A stretch of DNA of 64,000 nucleotides from an uncultured delta proteobacterium (GTDB lineage: Bacteria > Myxococcota > Myxococcia > Myxococcales > Myxococcaceae): NCBI GenBank assembly GCA_963796055.1, contig CAWCKH010000004.1, positions 1,280,001 through 1,344,000 on the forward strand. The letters are read 5' to 3'. Both the position numbers and the translations under genes were made by a program. The notes beneath the pieces were generated by a model that worked only from the letters and a program-made list of their open reading frames with translations, did no database searches and was not told the DNA's origin. Numbering within the stretch: the first letter of the stretch is position 1; every line of letters starts with the position of its first letter. This document shows, piece by piece, positions 49,816-59,636 of this stretch.

Positions 49816-51936
49816 GTGACCGGGTTCGTCCCAGCGATCGCCCTGGCGCTGTTCGCCGCCAGCCCGGACCCGGCCGGCGTGGAGACCGGGGTGGCCGTCC
49901 CCGGAGACGCACGCAATGGGGCCGGCGTGGCCGAGGCGCCACTGGTGGGCGAGACGGTGGTCACGGCGAGCCGGGCACCGCGGCCGCGCAACGAGGTGCC
50001 GGCGGACGTCACGGTGCTGGACCGGACCGACCTCGAACAGTCGGCCTCACCGCTGCTCGACGACGTGCTCCGGCGCGTCCCGGACGTCGGAACCTTCCGG
50101 CGCTCGTCGAGCCGCGTCGCGGATCCGTCGAGCCAGGGGCTGAACCTCCGCGGTGTCGGGCCCTCGGGCGTCTCGCGCGCCTTGGTGCTGGTGGATGGCC
50201 TTCCCCTCAACGACCCCTTCGGCGGCTGGGTCTACTGGCAATCGGTGCCGGGACTCTCGATCGGGACCATCGAGATCGTCCCCGGCGGAACCTCCGCGCT
50301 GTACGGGACCGCGGCGCTCGGCGGGGTGATCAACATGCGCTCCCGGCCGCTCGATCTTCCGGGAGTCGAGGCCGACGTCTTCGGGGACACGCTCCCCTCG
50401 CTGGGCATCGGACTGCGCGGCGTGCAGCGCGCCGGCCCGGTGGCGGTCGAGCTGACCTCGGAATTCCTGGGGAGCAATGGGTACGTCGTGGTCGCCCCGG
50501 AGCAGCGCGGGCCCATCGACGTGCCGGCAGGGAGCACCCACGTGACGCTCCAGAGCCGGGTGCAGGCCGAGCTCGGGCCCCGCTCACGTCTGGGCGTCAA
50601 GCTCGGCTTCTTCGACGAGCACCAGAACGGCGGCACCGAGTTCACCAACGCCACCGCCCAGGTCCGGTCGATCTCGGTGACGCTCGGGCTGGGCGCCCCG
50701 GAGGCGCCGGACGTCGAGCTCGCGGCCTGGTTCCGCAACCAGGTGTTCCGGCAGCAGCGGGCGCGCGTCGGAGACGGTCGGGCCTCCGAGTTCCTCACCG
50801 CCGAGCAGCGCGTTCCGGCCGACGACGAGGGGTTCACCGTGCTCTGGCACGCACCGCGCTGGGGCGTGCAGACCTTCGACGTGGGCCTCGACCTGCACCG
50901 CGTCTCGGGGACGTCGGCCGAGCGGCTCTTCCCGGCAGTGGTCACGCCCTCGACGACGCTGGAGCGCGTGGGCAGCGGGCTCCAGCTGTCGGCGGGCGTC
51001 TTCGTGCAGGACACGGTGCGCCTCGGCCGGGTGACGCTCGTGCCTGCGCTCCGGCTGGATCATTGGCACAACGACCAGGGGCAGCAACGGACCACCACCC
51101 CCGAGGGGGAGACGGTCCAGGACTTCGAGCTCCGGCACGAGACCCAGCTCAGCCCGCGCCTCGGCGTGCTTTGGCAGGTGCTGGACACGCTCGCGCTCCG
51201 AGGCTCGGTCAACCACGCGTTCCGGGCGCCGACGCTGGGAGAGCTGTATCGCCCGTTCCAGGTCGGAACCGTGGTGACCGCGGCGAATCCCGATCTCTCG
51301 GCCGAGACACTGATCGGCGCCGAGCTGGGCGTGGAGTGGGCTCCGTCGCCGGTGTTCCGGACCCGGGCGACCGGATTCTGGAACCGGCTGGAGGACCCCA
51401 TCACCAACGTCACGCTTCCCCCGCCTCCTCCCGGCGCGCCCCCCCCACCGCCCGGAACCCCCACCCGCCAGCGCCAGAACCTCGGCGTGGCGCGCGTGCA
51501 GGGGCTGGAGCTGGGGCTCGACGTCCGGCCTGCCCGCGGGTGGGAGCTGCGGGCCTCGTACACCCTGGTGGACTCGAAGGTGCTGGAGGCGGACGCGGCG
51601 CCGCTGACGGTGGGAAAGCGGCTCCCCCAGGACCCGGTTCACCGCATCGCCGGAGCGATCGAGGCCCGCCCAGCCCAGGGGTGGACGGCCAGGGTGGAGG
51701 GCATCGCCGCACTGGTCCAGTACGAGGACGACCAGAACACGCTTCCGCTCGGCACCCAGTTCCGGCTGGACGTCTACCTCGCCCGGACCCTCGGGCCGGC
51801 TGTGGAGGTCTACGCCGCGGTGGAGAACGTCCTGGACCGCCGAGACCTGGTGGGCCGGGCAGGAGTGAACACCATCTCCGGCCCCTTCACCTTCCGGCTG
51901 GGGGTGCGCTTGCGTACCTGGGAAGCACCGGACTAG
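49816..51936 (+). CDS. TonB-dependent receptor
   Basis: Signal peptide, TonB-box-like ETVVTASR, plug LNLRG...LVLVDGLP...SALYG..ALGGVIN, FRAPTLGELY, NPDLSAE and ENVLD. Confidence 0.93.
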   Translation: MTGFVPAIALALFAASPDPAGVETGVAVPGDARNGAGVAEAPLVGETVVTASRAPRPRNEVPADVTVLDRTDLEQSASPLLDDVLRRVPDVGTFRRSSSRVADPSSQGLNLRGVGPSGVSRALVLVDGLPLNDPFGGWVYWQSVPGLSIGTIEIVPGGTSALYGTAALGGVINMRSRPLDLPGVEADVFGDTLPSLGIGLRGVQRAGPVAVELTSEFLGSNGYVVVAPEQRGPIDVPAGSTHVTLQSRVQAELGPRSRLGVKLGFFDEHQNGGTEFTNATAQVRSISVTLGLGAPEAPDVELAAWFRNQVFRQQRARVGDGRASEFLTAEQRVPADDEGFTVLWHAPRWGVQTFDVGLDLHRVSGTSAERLFPAVVTPSTTLERVGSGLQLSAGVFVQDTVRLGRVTLVPALRLDHWHNDQGQQRTTTPEGETVQDFELRHETQLSPRLGVLWQVLDTLALRGSVNHAFRAPTLGELYRPFQVGTVVTAANPDLSAETLIGAELGVEWAPSPVFRTRATGFWNRLEDPITNVTLPPPPPGAPPPPPGTPTRQRQNLGVARVQGLELGLDVRPARGWELRASYTLVDSKVLEADAAPLTVGKRLPQDPVHRIAGAIEARPAQGWTARVEGIAALVQYEDDQNTLPLGTQFRLDVYLARTLGPAVEVYAAVENVLDRRDLVGRAGVNTISGPFTFRLGVRLRTWEAPD

Positions 51937-51946
51937 TTGGGAACCC

Positions 51947-52480
51947 ATGGAAGTCTCCCTGTCCTCCGCCGGAACGCTGCGGGCACTCAGACGCCTGGTC
52001 CGCGCCCTCCGGCTCGCCGACCGCGCCGCGGAGGCGCGGCTGGGCCTCAGCGCCGCGCAGCTCTTCGTCCTGGAGCGCCTCGCCGAGGGCCCCGTGGGCT
52101 CGATGGCCGAGCTGGCCCAACGGACGCTGACCGACGCGAGCTCGGTCTCGGTGGTGGTCCAGCGGCTCGCCGAGCGCGGGCTGGTCGTCCGGGCCACCGC
52201 GCCCCAGGATGCGCGGCGGACGACGCTGCGGCTCTCGTCGCCGGGCAAGCGCCTCCTGGCGGCGGCGCCACGATCTCCCCAGGCGGACCTGCTCCACGCC
52301 CTGGAGCAGCTGAGCACCACCGATCGGCGCGAACTGGTGCGCCTGCTGGAACAGCTGGTCCGCGGAATGGGCATCGATGAGAACGCTCCCGTGCCCATGC
52401 TCTTCGAGGGCGAGGCGCGCATCGGTCAGCGGCGCAGGCGGGCGCCGGGAGCCAGGGCGCGGATCCGCAGCCGTGGCTGA
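51947..52480 (+). CDS. MarR-family transcriptional regulator
   Basis: GLSAAQLFVL, ELAQRTLTDASSVSVVVQRL..GLV and DARR. Confidence 0.88.
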   Translation: MEVSLSSAGTLRALRRLVRALRLADRAAEARLGLSAAQLFVLERLAEGPVGSMAELAQRTLTDASSVSVVVQRLAERGLVVRATAPQDARRTTLRLSSPGKRLLAAAPRSPQADLLHALEQLSTTDRRELVRLLEQLVRGMGIDENAPVPMLFEGEARIGQRRRRAPGARARIRSRG

Positions 52481-52531
52481 CAGACCGGCGAGTGACGCGG
52501 AGCGACCTGGTCAGCGCCCATCAAGCTCGCC

Positions 52532-53899
52532 TCAAGGCGGAGCGCGTCGCCGCACGCGTGCTCTCCACAGGATGACGAAGGCCAGGGACGGCGCGACGAC
52601 GGCGATCAAGGAGACGGCTGCGTCCGTGACTCCCCGGAGCCGCGGCAGGTTCCAGGCGATCACCTCGGCCAGCGTCACCACCGCATCGACGCCCACCGCG
52701 GCCACGACCAGGCGCGAAAGGGGATCGCTCCAGCGCACCGCCAGCCGGAACAGCGCGGCGGCCAGCACCACGTCGAACGCCACCCAGGCCCAGCGCACCC
52801 ACTCGGCGGGAAAGTGCCAGCCCTCGGCCAGGGCGAGGAGCACCGTCCAGGGCACCAGGAGCGCGGCGAGGAGGCGGACGACGATGGTGGGCCCGCGCAG
52901 GAGGGTCCGGAACCCGAATGCCAGGAGGCGCCCTCGAGCGAACGCCTCGAGCACGTCGAGCAGCGTGCGGACGGCGCCCTGGTCCGGCGGGTAGACGAGG
53001 TGGATGGGGCGCCAGCGCGTCGGCCGGAGCCTGGCCTTGAAGGAACGGAGCCCCTCGAAGTCGAACAGGACCGAGCCTGCCGAGCGCGCGAGGCGCAGCG
53101 CGGGGACCACCTGGCCGGCGAGCGGCGCGAGGCCCAGCGTCACCATCGGTGACCCGTCCCCTTGCGCCTGGGCCTCGGCGTCGCGCATCGCATGGTCCAC
53201 CAGGAGTTCGGTCGTCCCGTTGGGGGCGTCGGCCGCGCGAACGAGGTTCTGCAGCAGCCACCCGGGGCGAGCAAAGATGGGCGCCGCGGTGAGAAACGCG
53301 ACCACCCGGCCTTCCTGCTCGGCCAGGTAAATGCGGTGCTCCTCGAGCAATGTGAGCGGATCGACCTGCACCAGGAACCCCATGGGGGCCATCTCGTGCC
53401 GGCCGAGCCAGGCGCCCACCATGGCCTCGAGCTCCCGGCGCAGCGGAGAGGCGCTGGAGACGATCTCGGCGCCGGCAGCGGTCCGGACCGTCACCCCCTT
53501 GGCCCGTGCCCGGCGAAGCTGCTCCCGGAGACCGCTGCTCGTCCGGAGCGCCGAAGGCCACAGACCCGCATCCCACTCGGGCTGCTCACCGACGAGGAGC
53601 GAGCGCCAGGGCAACGCCTCCACCACCCGCTCCTCCACCGCGAAGAATGCGACGCGCCGGCGGGAGGCAAGGGCCTGGCGGTGAAAGCGCTCGGATACCT
53701 CGCGGAGCCGCTCCGGCGCGGTGAGCGGCGCGCCCGCGGCCACCCACGCCCGGCCGGTGTCGACGTACGCGACGCAAGCGTCCTCGTCGGCGAACCAGTA
53801 GCGGAAGCCGGGCTCGAGGACCTGGAAGGACGTCGCGTTCCACCCATGGCGGCGAAGCACGGCGAGGACGCGACGGCGCTCGGCGTCCAGCGACGACAT
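52532..53899 (-). CDS. DUF2156 (aminoacyl-phosphatidylglycerol synthase C-terminal, dual-GNAT) protein with C-terminal TM helices
   Basis: WVAAGAP, VGEQP, RAADAPNGTTELLV, TLGLAPL and FDFEGLRSFKARLRP..W.P. Confidence 0.87.
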   Translation of the reverse strand: MSSLDAERRRVLAVLRRHGWNATSFQVLEPGFRYWFADEDACVAYVDTGRAWVAAGAPLTAPERLREVSERFHRQALASRRRVAFFAVEERVVEALPWRSLLVGEQPEWDAGLWPSALRTSSGLREQLRRARAKGVTVRTAAGAEIVSSASPLRRELEAMVGAWLGRHEMAPMGFLVQVDPLTLLEEHRIYLAEQEGRVVAFLTAAPIFARPGWLLQNLVRAADAPNGTTELLVDHAMRDAEAQAQGDGSPMVTLGLAPLAGQVVPALRLARSAGSVLFDFEGLRSFKARLRPTRWRPIHLVYPPDQGAVRTLLDVLEAFARGRLLAFGFRTLLRGPTIVVRLLAALLVPWTVLLALAEGWHFPAEWVRWAWVAFDVVLAAALFRLAVRWSDPLSRLVVAAVGVDAVVTLAEVIAWNLPRLRGVTDAAVSLIAVVAPSLAFVILWRARVRRRAPP

Positions 53900-54079
53900 G
53901 CGCCGACCGTCGCACGCGGTGACGACTGCCCGCTACAGTTCCGAGGCTTCCGGGAGGCGGGATGGCGGCGGCTGGACTGTTGATGCTGCCCTGGAGCTGG
54001 GGCTCCGGGCCCTGGTGGGCTTCTAGAACGCGGTGGCTTGGGCTGGGCGGCGCTCCGTCCTAGGGTGCGGCCCCCACCC

Positions 54080-54862
54080 ATGCGCCTGTTCGCCATCGGA
54101 GACACGCACCTTCCGTCCACGCGCGGCAAGACGATGGACCGCTTCGGCTGGACCGGACATCCCGCTCCGCTCGCCGAGGTCTGGGACCGGATGGTCACGC
54201 CCGAGGACGGAGTCATCGTCGCCGGCGACATCTCCTGGGCGACGAAGCCGGCCCAGGTCACAGGCGATCTCGCGTGGCTCGAGGCCCGGCCCGGCAAGAA
54301 GGTGCTGCTCCGCGGGAACCACGACTTCTGGTGGGGCGACTCGGCGGCGAAGCTCCGGCGGCTCCTCGAGCCGTACCACTCGATCGTCGGGTTCCTGCAC
54401 AACTCGGCGGTGGTGCTCGGCCCCTACCTCATCGCCGGGTCGCGTCTGTGGACCACCCCCGAGGCGCCACCGATGCCCGGCGGTGAGATGGGAGACGAGC
54501 AGGCGGACGGCGAGTACGTCGAGCGCGAGGCGCGCCGGCTGGCCCTCTCCTTCGAGGATGCCGGGAGACGCATCCAGGCCACTCCCGGGCTGACCCGGGT
54601 GGTCGCAGTCCACTTCCCGCCGCTCTACGCGAACCGCCGGCCCACCGTGTTCTCCACGCTCATCGAGGCGTTCCAGCCGGCCGTCTGCGTCTACGGCCAC
54701 CTGCATGGCCCCGAGGGCATCGCCGCCGGGTTCCAGGGCGAGCACCGGGGCGTCCGGTACGTGCTGGCCTCGTGCGACGCCGCGGGGTTCAAGCCGGTGC
54801 TGCTCCTCGACGGTTCCAGAAGCGCAGCTTCCATCGCCGGCGTTGCCGAAGGTCCTCCATGA
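54080..54862 (+). CDS. Metallophosphoesterase
   Basis: GDTH, AGDISWA, GNHDFWW, HFPP and YGHLHG. Confidence 0.9.
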   Translation: MRLFAIGDTHLPSTRGKTMDRFGWTGHPAPLAEVWDRMVTPEDGVIVAGDISWATKPAQVTGDLAWLEARPGKKVLLRGNHDFWWGDSAAKLRRLLEPYHSIVGFLHNSAVVLGPYLIAGSRLWTTPEAPPMPGGEMGDEQADGEYVEREARRLALSFEDAGRRIQATPGLTRVVAVHFPPLYANRRPTVFSTLIEAFQPAVCVYGHLHGPEGIAAGFQGEHRGVRYVLASCDAAGFKPVLLLDGSRSAASIAGVAEGPP

Positions 54863-56967
54863 ATCCGGTCATCACCAGCCTCCTGGTCTTCGTCGGGCTC
54901 ACCCTCTTCACGTACATCATGTACGGCCGTGCCTCGGCTCTTCTGGCGATGAAGAAGGAGGGCCGGCTCGACCGGCTGGGTGCGCGCACCGGGGCGCTGA
55001 TCCGCTTCGGGCTCGGGCAGAAGCGGATGGTGGACCCCGAGGAGCGGACGCCGGGCCTCGCCCACGTCCTCATCTTCGCGGCGTTCATCGTCCTGGCGAT
55101 CCGGACCTTGATGCTGTTCTCCATGGGTTTCTCGGGGACGCTGCTGGAGGTCCTCTCCACCCCCACCGATCCCTTCTGGACCACCCACCCGGACGCCGCC
55201 ACCGTCTTCGACGCTTACCTGCTGGTGAAGGACCTGGTCGCCCTCGGGGCGCTGGTGGGCGTGGGCTACTTCTTCTGGCTGCGGGCGAAGGTGAAGCCGG
55301 ACCGGCTGACCCCCTCCTGGGAGGCGTACCTCATCCTGGGCTTCATCGCCGGGCTGATGGTGAGCGAGTACGTCTTCGGCGCATCGCACCTCGTGCTGCA
55401 GCAGCACGGCTTCACCCGCTGGGAGCCGGTGACCTCGGTGGTGGCGATGGTCCTCTCGCCGCTCCCGACGGTGGTGGTCTGGGCGCTCGGCGGGGCGATG
55501 TTCTGGACGCACCTGACCATCATCCTCGCCTTCCTGAACTTCCTCCCGCTGGGGAAGCACTTCCACGTCATCACCGCCCTGCCGAACGTGTTCTTCCAGA
55601 ACCTGGACGGGAGCAAGGCGCTGCCCACCCCGAACCTCGAGGCCGAGCAGTTCGGCGCCCGGACCGTCCGTGACCTCACCTGGAAGCAGGGGCTCGACCT
55701 CTACAGCTGCACCGAATGCGGCCGCTGCCAGACCCACTGCCCCACGTACATCACCGGGAAGCCGCTCACCCACAAGGGCGTGAACCAGGACCTCAAGCAC
55801 TGGATCTGGGAACACCAAGAGCAAGTGGCGCACACCCACCGGGCGCCCGGTAGCGACGCCGAGCTGCCGGCGATGATCGGCAGCGCGCTCAAGGCGGAGA
55901 CGGTGTGGGCCTGTACGACGTGTGGCTGGTGCGAGCGCGCCTGCCCGGTGTTCATCGAGAACGTGCCCCGGCTCATCGACATGCGCCGGTACCAGGTGCA
56001 GGTGGAGGCGGACTTCCCCCCGGAGATCCAGCGGGTCTTCGAGGGGATGGAGCGGCAGGGGAACCCCTGGGGCGTGGGGCAGGACCGGCGCGACGAGTGG
56101 GCGGAGGACCTGGCGCTCCCGGTCTGGGATGGCCCGGGGAAGTACGAGTACCTCTTCTTCGTCGGCTGCGCCGGCAGCTACGACGACCGGCAGAAGAAGG
56201 TCAGCCGGGCGCTGGTCCGCATCCTCCGCGAGGCCAGGGTCTCCTTCGCCACCTTGGGCAAGCAGGAGATGTGCAACGGCGACTCGGCGCGGCGGCTGGG
56301 GAACGAGTACCTCTACCAGACGCTGGCCAAGACCAACGTCGAGGCGTTCAACGGGCTGGGGGTGAAGGCGGTCATCACCCAGTGCCCGCACTGCTTCAAC
56401 ACCCTCAAGAACGAGTATCCAGCCTTCGGCGGGGACTACCGGGTCATCAACCACACCGAGCTGATCAGCGAGCTCATCCGTGACAAGCGGATCAAGCTGT
56501 CACGGGTGATGGACACCCGGCTGACCTACCACGACCCCTGCTACCTGGGACGGCACAACGGGGTCTACGACGCTCCCCGGCAGGCGCTGGCGGCGATCCC
56601 CGGGCTTCAAGTGGTGGAGATGCAGCGGAGCCAGCGGCAGTCGTTCTGCTGCGGCGCGGGCGGCGGGCGGATGTGGATGGAGGAGCACATCGGCACGCGC
56701 ATCAACCACAACCGGATCAACGAGGTGGCGCTGACGCTGGCTCACGCCAAGGATCCGTCGATTCCGTATCCCTCGGCCACGGACAAGCACCGGCCGGGCC
56801 TGGTGGGCGACTACACCGGGCCGGGAGAGGGAACGGTGGCGGTGGCCTGCCCGTTCTGCAGCACCATGCTCCGCGACGCGGCCAACGACACCGGCCGCGA
56901 GAGCCTGGTGGTGAAGGACGTGGCCGAGCTGGTCGCCGAGGCGATGGACGGAGCGGCGGCCAGATGA
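54859..56967 (+). CDS. Membrane Fe-S oxidoreductase (FadF/HdrD-like, CCG domains)
   Basis: N-terminal TMs, CTECGRCQTHCP, CTTCGWCERACP, YHDPCYLGR, CCGAGGG and ACPFC. Confidence 0.92.
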   Translation: MNPVITSLLVFVGLTLFTYIMYGRASALLAMKKEGRLDRLGARTGALIRFGLGQKRMVDPEERTPGLAHVLIFAAFIVLAIRTLMLFSMGFSGTLLEVLSTPTDPFWTTHPDAATVFDAYLLVKDLVALGALVGVGYFFWLRAKVKPDRLTPSWEAYLILGFIAGLMVSEYVFGASHLVLQQHGFTRWEPVTSVVAMVLSPLPTVVVWALGGAMFWTHLTIILAFLNFLPLGKHFHVITALPNVFFQNLDGSKALPTPNLEAEQFGARTVRDLTWKQGLDLYSCTECGRCQTHCPTYITGKPLTHKGVNQDLKHWIWEHQEQVAHTHRAPGSDAELPAMIGSALKAETVWACTTCGWCERACPVFIENVPRLIDMRRYQVQVEADFPPEIQRVFEGMERQGNPWGVGQDRRDEWAEDLALPVWDGPGKYEYLFFVGCAGSYDDRQKKVSRALVRILREARVSFATLGKQEMCNGDSARRLGNEYLYQTLAKTNVEAFNGLGVKAVITQCPHCFNTLKNEYPAFGGDYRVINHTELISELIRDKRIKLSRVMDTRLTYHDPCYLGRHNGVYDAPRQALAAIPGLQVVEMQRSQRQSFCCGAGGGRMWMEEHIGTRINHNRINEVALTLAHAKDPSIPYPSATDKHRPGLVGDYTGPGEGTVAVACPFCSTMLRDAANDTGRESLVVKDVAELVAEAMDGAAAR

Positions 56968-57102
56968 GCGGACACTAGGTGGAGGGCTCGCCTGGAGCCA
57001 CGCTCGCCAAGGAGGGAGCTTCTCCGCGCGCTCACTCGAGGCGGGTGGCGCCGGCTGACTGCGAGCCCCAGCTTTTCATCGTTTCGAACAGGAGGTGCTC
57101 CC

Positions 57103-57528
57103 ATGCGATGCGAAGAGATCATGAAGCGCGAGCCGGCCTGCATTTCACCGTCCGTTTCAGCGGGGGAGGCCGCGCGGCGCATGCGCAACGACAACATCGG
57201 CTTCCTGCCGGTGTGCGAGGCGGACAAGCGGGTGCTTGGAACGCTCACCGATCGGGACATCGCCATTCGACTGGTGGCGGAGAACAAGTCCGCCGACACC
57301 CCGGTCGAGGAGATCATGACCAGGGAGGTCATCGCCGCCCGTCCGAGTGACGACATCCTCCAGGCGGAGCAGCTGATGGCCAAGCATCACAAGTCGCGAA
57401 TGCTCTGCATCGATGAGCAGGAGCGGCTGGTGGGCGTGATCAGCCTCTCGGACATCGCCCACCACGAAAGCGGAACGAGGTCCGCGGACACCCTTCGCGA
57501 GATCACCACGCGCGAAGTCAGAGCCTAG
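57103..57528 (+). CDS. CBS-domain pair protein
   Basis: SD AGGAGG, IGFLPV, GTLTDRDIAIR and GVISLSDI. Confidence 0.9.
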   Translation: MRCEEIMKREPACISPSVSAGEAARRMRNDNIGFLPVCEADKRVLGTLTDRDIAIRLVAENKSADTPVEEIMTREVIAARPSDDILQAEQLMAKHHKSRMLCIDEQERLVGVISLSDIAHHESGTRSADTLREITTREVRA

Positions 57529-57537
57529 GAGCCAACG

Positions 57538-57819
57538 ATGGCACTCGCGATCTGTGAGACGTGTGGAAACGAGTACGACAAGACGTTCCAGGTGATCATG
57601 GACGGGACGAGTCATACCTTTGACAGCTTCGAGTGCGCGCTGTCACTCGCCCCTCGCTGCGCCCACTGCGATTGCCGGATTCTCGGGCACGGCCTGGAGG
57701 AAGGAGACGAGATCTTCTGCTGTGCGCACTGCGCCCGGGAGTCAGGGATCGTTGATCTTCAAGATCGCGCGCCGTCGAGTACGGATGCGGCCGCTGGAGT
57801 CGCATCCCTTGAACGCTGA
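57538..57819 (+). CDS. Prokaryotic metallothionein-like Cys-rich protein
   Basis: CETCGNEYDK, FDSFECA, CAHCDCRILGHG and FCCAHCA. SD GGAG. Confidence 0.8.
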   Translation: MALAICETCGNEYDKTFQVIMDGTSHTFDSFECALSLAPRCAHCDCRILGHGLEEGDEIFCCAHCARESGIVDLQDRAPSSTDAAAGVASLER

Positions 57820-57859
57820 ACGCGCCCGGTGACCGAGAGGGAGCGCGACGACGCGCTGC

Positions 57860-58894
57860 TCACCCGAGCACCAGCGTCGAATCTCCGAACTCGTGGCCGC
57901 GGTACCCACCGGCCGCGGCGTGCAACGCGTAGAGGACGTCGAGCGCACCAGGGAGGAACGCGGCCAGCAGCTCGAAGTGACTCGAGTCCCTGGCGTGGAT
58001 GCCGGACAGGAGCCCGCTCACCACTCGCGGCACGAATCCCCGGACGATCCGGAGATCGGTGACCCCGTCGCCGGGGAGCAGCTCCCCCCCGCGCGCGTGC
58101 GCAGAGCCCTCGAGCGCCCGGACGACGGTGGTCCCCACCGCCACCACCCGTCCATCTCGCCGCCGTGTCTCGGCAATCGCGGCCACGGTGGCCGGCGGGA
58201 TGTCGTAGCGCTCCGGCAGCGGCAGGGCCGCGTCCAGTCGCGGGTCGCCGGTGGACGAGAGGCCCGCGGCATGGGTGAGCCAGGCGAGCCCGACACCCCG
58301 CGCGCGGATCCCCGCGAGGAGCTGAAGCCGCAACGGCCGCCCCGCCGACGGCATCTCCGAGGCCCAGGGCCGGGCGGCGTAAGGCGTCTGGACGCGTGAC
58401 AGCGGAAGCGGCTGCGGCTCGTAGGCGTACTGGATGGGCCGGCCAAGGACGTACAGCGCGGACCAAATCTGGTCGGGGGAGCGCTCGAACCGCACCCAGA
58501 GCAGCCGGCCGGAGATCTCCGAGCGCGCGGTCACCCGTGCCCGGAGTCCTGGCCCCAGGCGCAGTGTGTCTCCGGGAACCAGAGCCGGTGGCGGAGGTCG
58601 TGACTCGGTGGGAGTCCGCCAGTCCCCGGCCCCGAACAGGACCACCCGCCACGTCCCATCGCGCTCCTCTCCGGCGAGGCGGATCTCCACCAGTTCGCCG
58701 TCACCCGTGCTCCCGGTCAGCGAGGCCGGGAGAGTCGCCGCGTCGTTCAACACCAGGAGGTCTCCGGGCAGCAGCAGCTCGGGCAGCGCGTCGACGGAGC
58801 GATCGACCAGCGTGCCAAGCACCGGATCCACGTGAAGGAGACGTTCTGGCGTCGCCACCGACCGGGCTGCCGACTCGTCGACCGCGTGTCTCAC
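57860..58894 (-). CDS. QueA-like protein (divergent SAM:tRNA ribosyltransferase-isomerase family member)
   Basis: GDLLVLND and VAVGTTVVRALE are retained. GRPIQY, EMPSAGRP, HAAGLSS and HEFGD replace the canonical QueA motifs. Confidence 0.85.
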   Translation of the reverse strand: MRHAVDESAARSVATPERLLHVDPVLGTLVDRSVDALPELLLPGDLLVLNDAATLPASLTGSTGDGELVEIRLAGEERDGTWRVVLFGAGDWRTPTESRPPPPALVPGDTLRLGPGLRARVTARSEISGRLLWVRFERSPDQIWSALYVLGRPIQYAYEPQPLPLSRVQTPYAARPWASEMPSAGRPLRLQLLAGIRARGVGLAWLTHAAGLSSTGDPRLDAALPLPERYDIPPATVAAIAETRRRDGRVVAVGTTVVRALEGSAHARGGELLPGDGVTDLRIVRGFVPRVVSGLLSGIHARDSSHFELLAAFLPGALDVLYALHAAAGGYRGHEFGDSTLVLG

Positions 58895-59568
58895 GGGGTC
58901 GCCCGCAGCAGCTCGAGGACCCGTGCTGCCGCCTGCTCGGGCCGGGTGAGGGTGGATGGGTCCGCCTCGGGCATCGCCTGGCGATGCATCCGGGTGTCCA
59001 TCTCTCCCGGGTCCACGGTGAGGAACCGCACGCCCGTGCCGGACAGCTCCGCCTGCCAGATGCGACCCAGGTGCTCCAGGCCCGCCTTGGACACGCCGTA
59101 AGCACCCCAGCCAGGGTACGGCGTGGCGGCCGCGTCCGAGCTGACCAGCACCACCGTCCCGCGGCCCCGCAGCACCATGGATCCGACCAGGGCCCGGGTG
59201 AGGCGGAACGGGGCGAGGAGGTTGGTCGCCAGCGCCTCCTCGAAGGCGGCATCCGACGTGTCCGCCAGCGGGGCGAGCGGGATCGGGCCGAGGCTCCCTG
59301 CGTTGTGGATGACCACCTCGGCCGGACCGACCAGCGCCCCGCAGGTTCCGGCGAGCCTCGCGGCGCTGTCCGGGGCCGCGACGTCGCCGACCACCGGGTG
59401 CGCCTCTCCCCCGTGGCGGCGAATCCGCTCCGCGACGCTCTGCAGCGCCTCGCGGTCCCGCGCCACCAGGACCAGGCGGGCTCCGGCACGCCCGAGCTTC
59501 TCCGCCAGCGCCTCCCCGAGGCCCCGGCTCGCCCCGGTGACGATCACTGCTGCTCCCTGAAGATCCAT
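58891..59568 (-). CDS. SDR-family oxidoreductase
   Basis: TGASRGLG, HNAG, VSSDAA, YGVSK and VDPGEMDT. GTGA overlap with the QueA-like gene. Confidence 0.92.
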   Translation of the reverse strand: MDLQGAAVIVTGASRGLGEALAEKLGRAGARLVLVARDREALQSVAERIRRHGGEAHPVVGDVAAPDSAARLAGTCGALVGPAEVVIHNAGSLGPIPLAPLADTSDAAFEEALATNLLAPFRLTRALVGSMVLRGRGTVVLVSSDAAATPYPGWGAYGVSKAGLEHLGRIWQAELSGTGVRFLTVDPGEMDTRMHRQAMPEADPSTLTRPEQAAARVLELLRATP

Positions 59569-59636
59569 GCGTAGGGATAGTCGGGCCGCTCCAAGGAATT
59601 GACGCCAGCGCCAGTCCTTTGGCAGAAGGTCACTCG

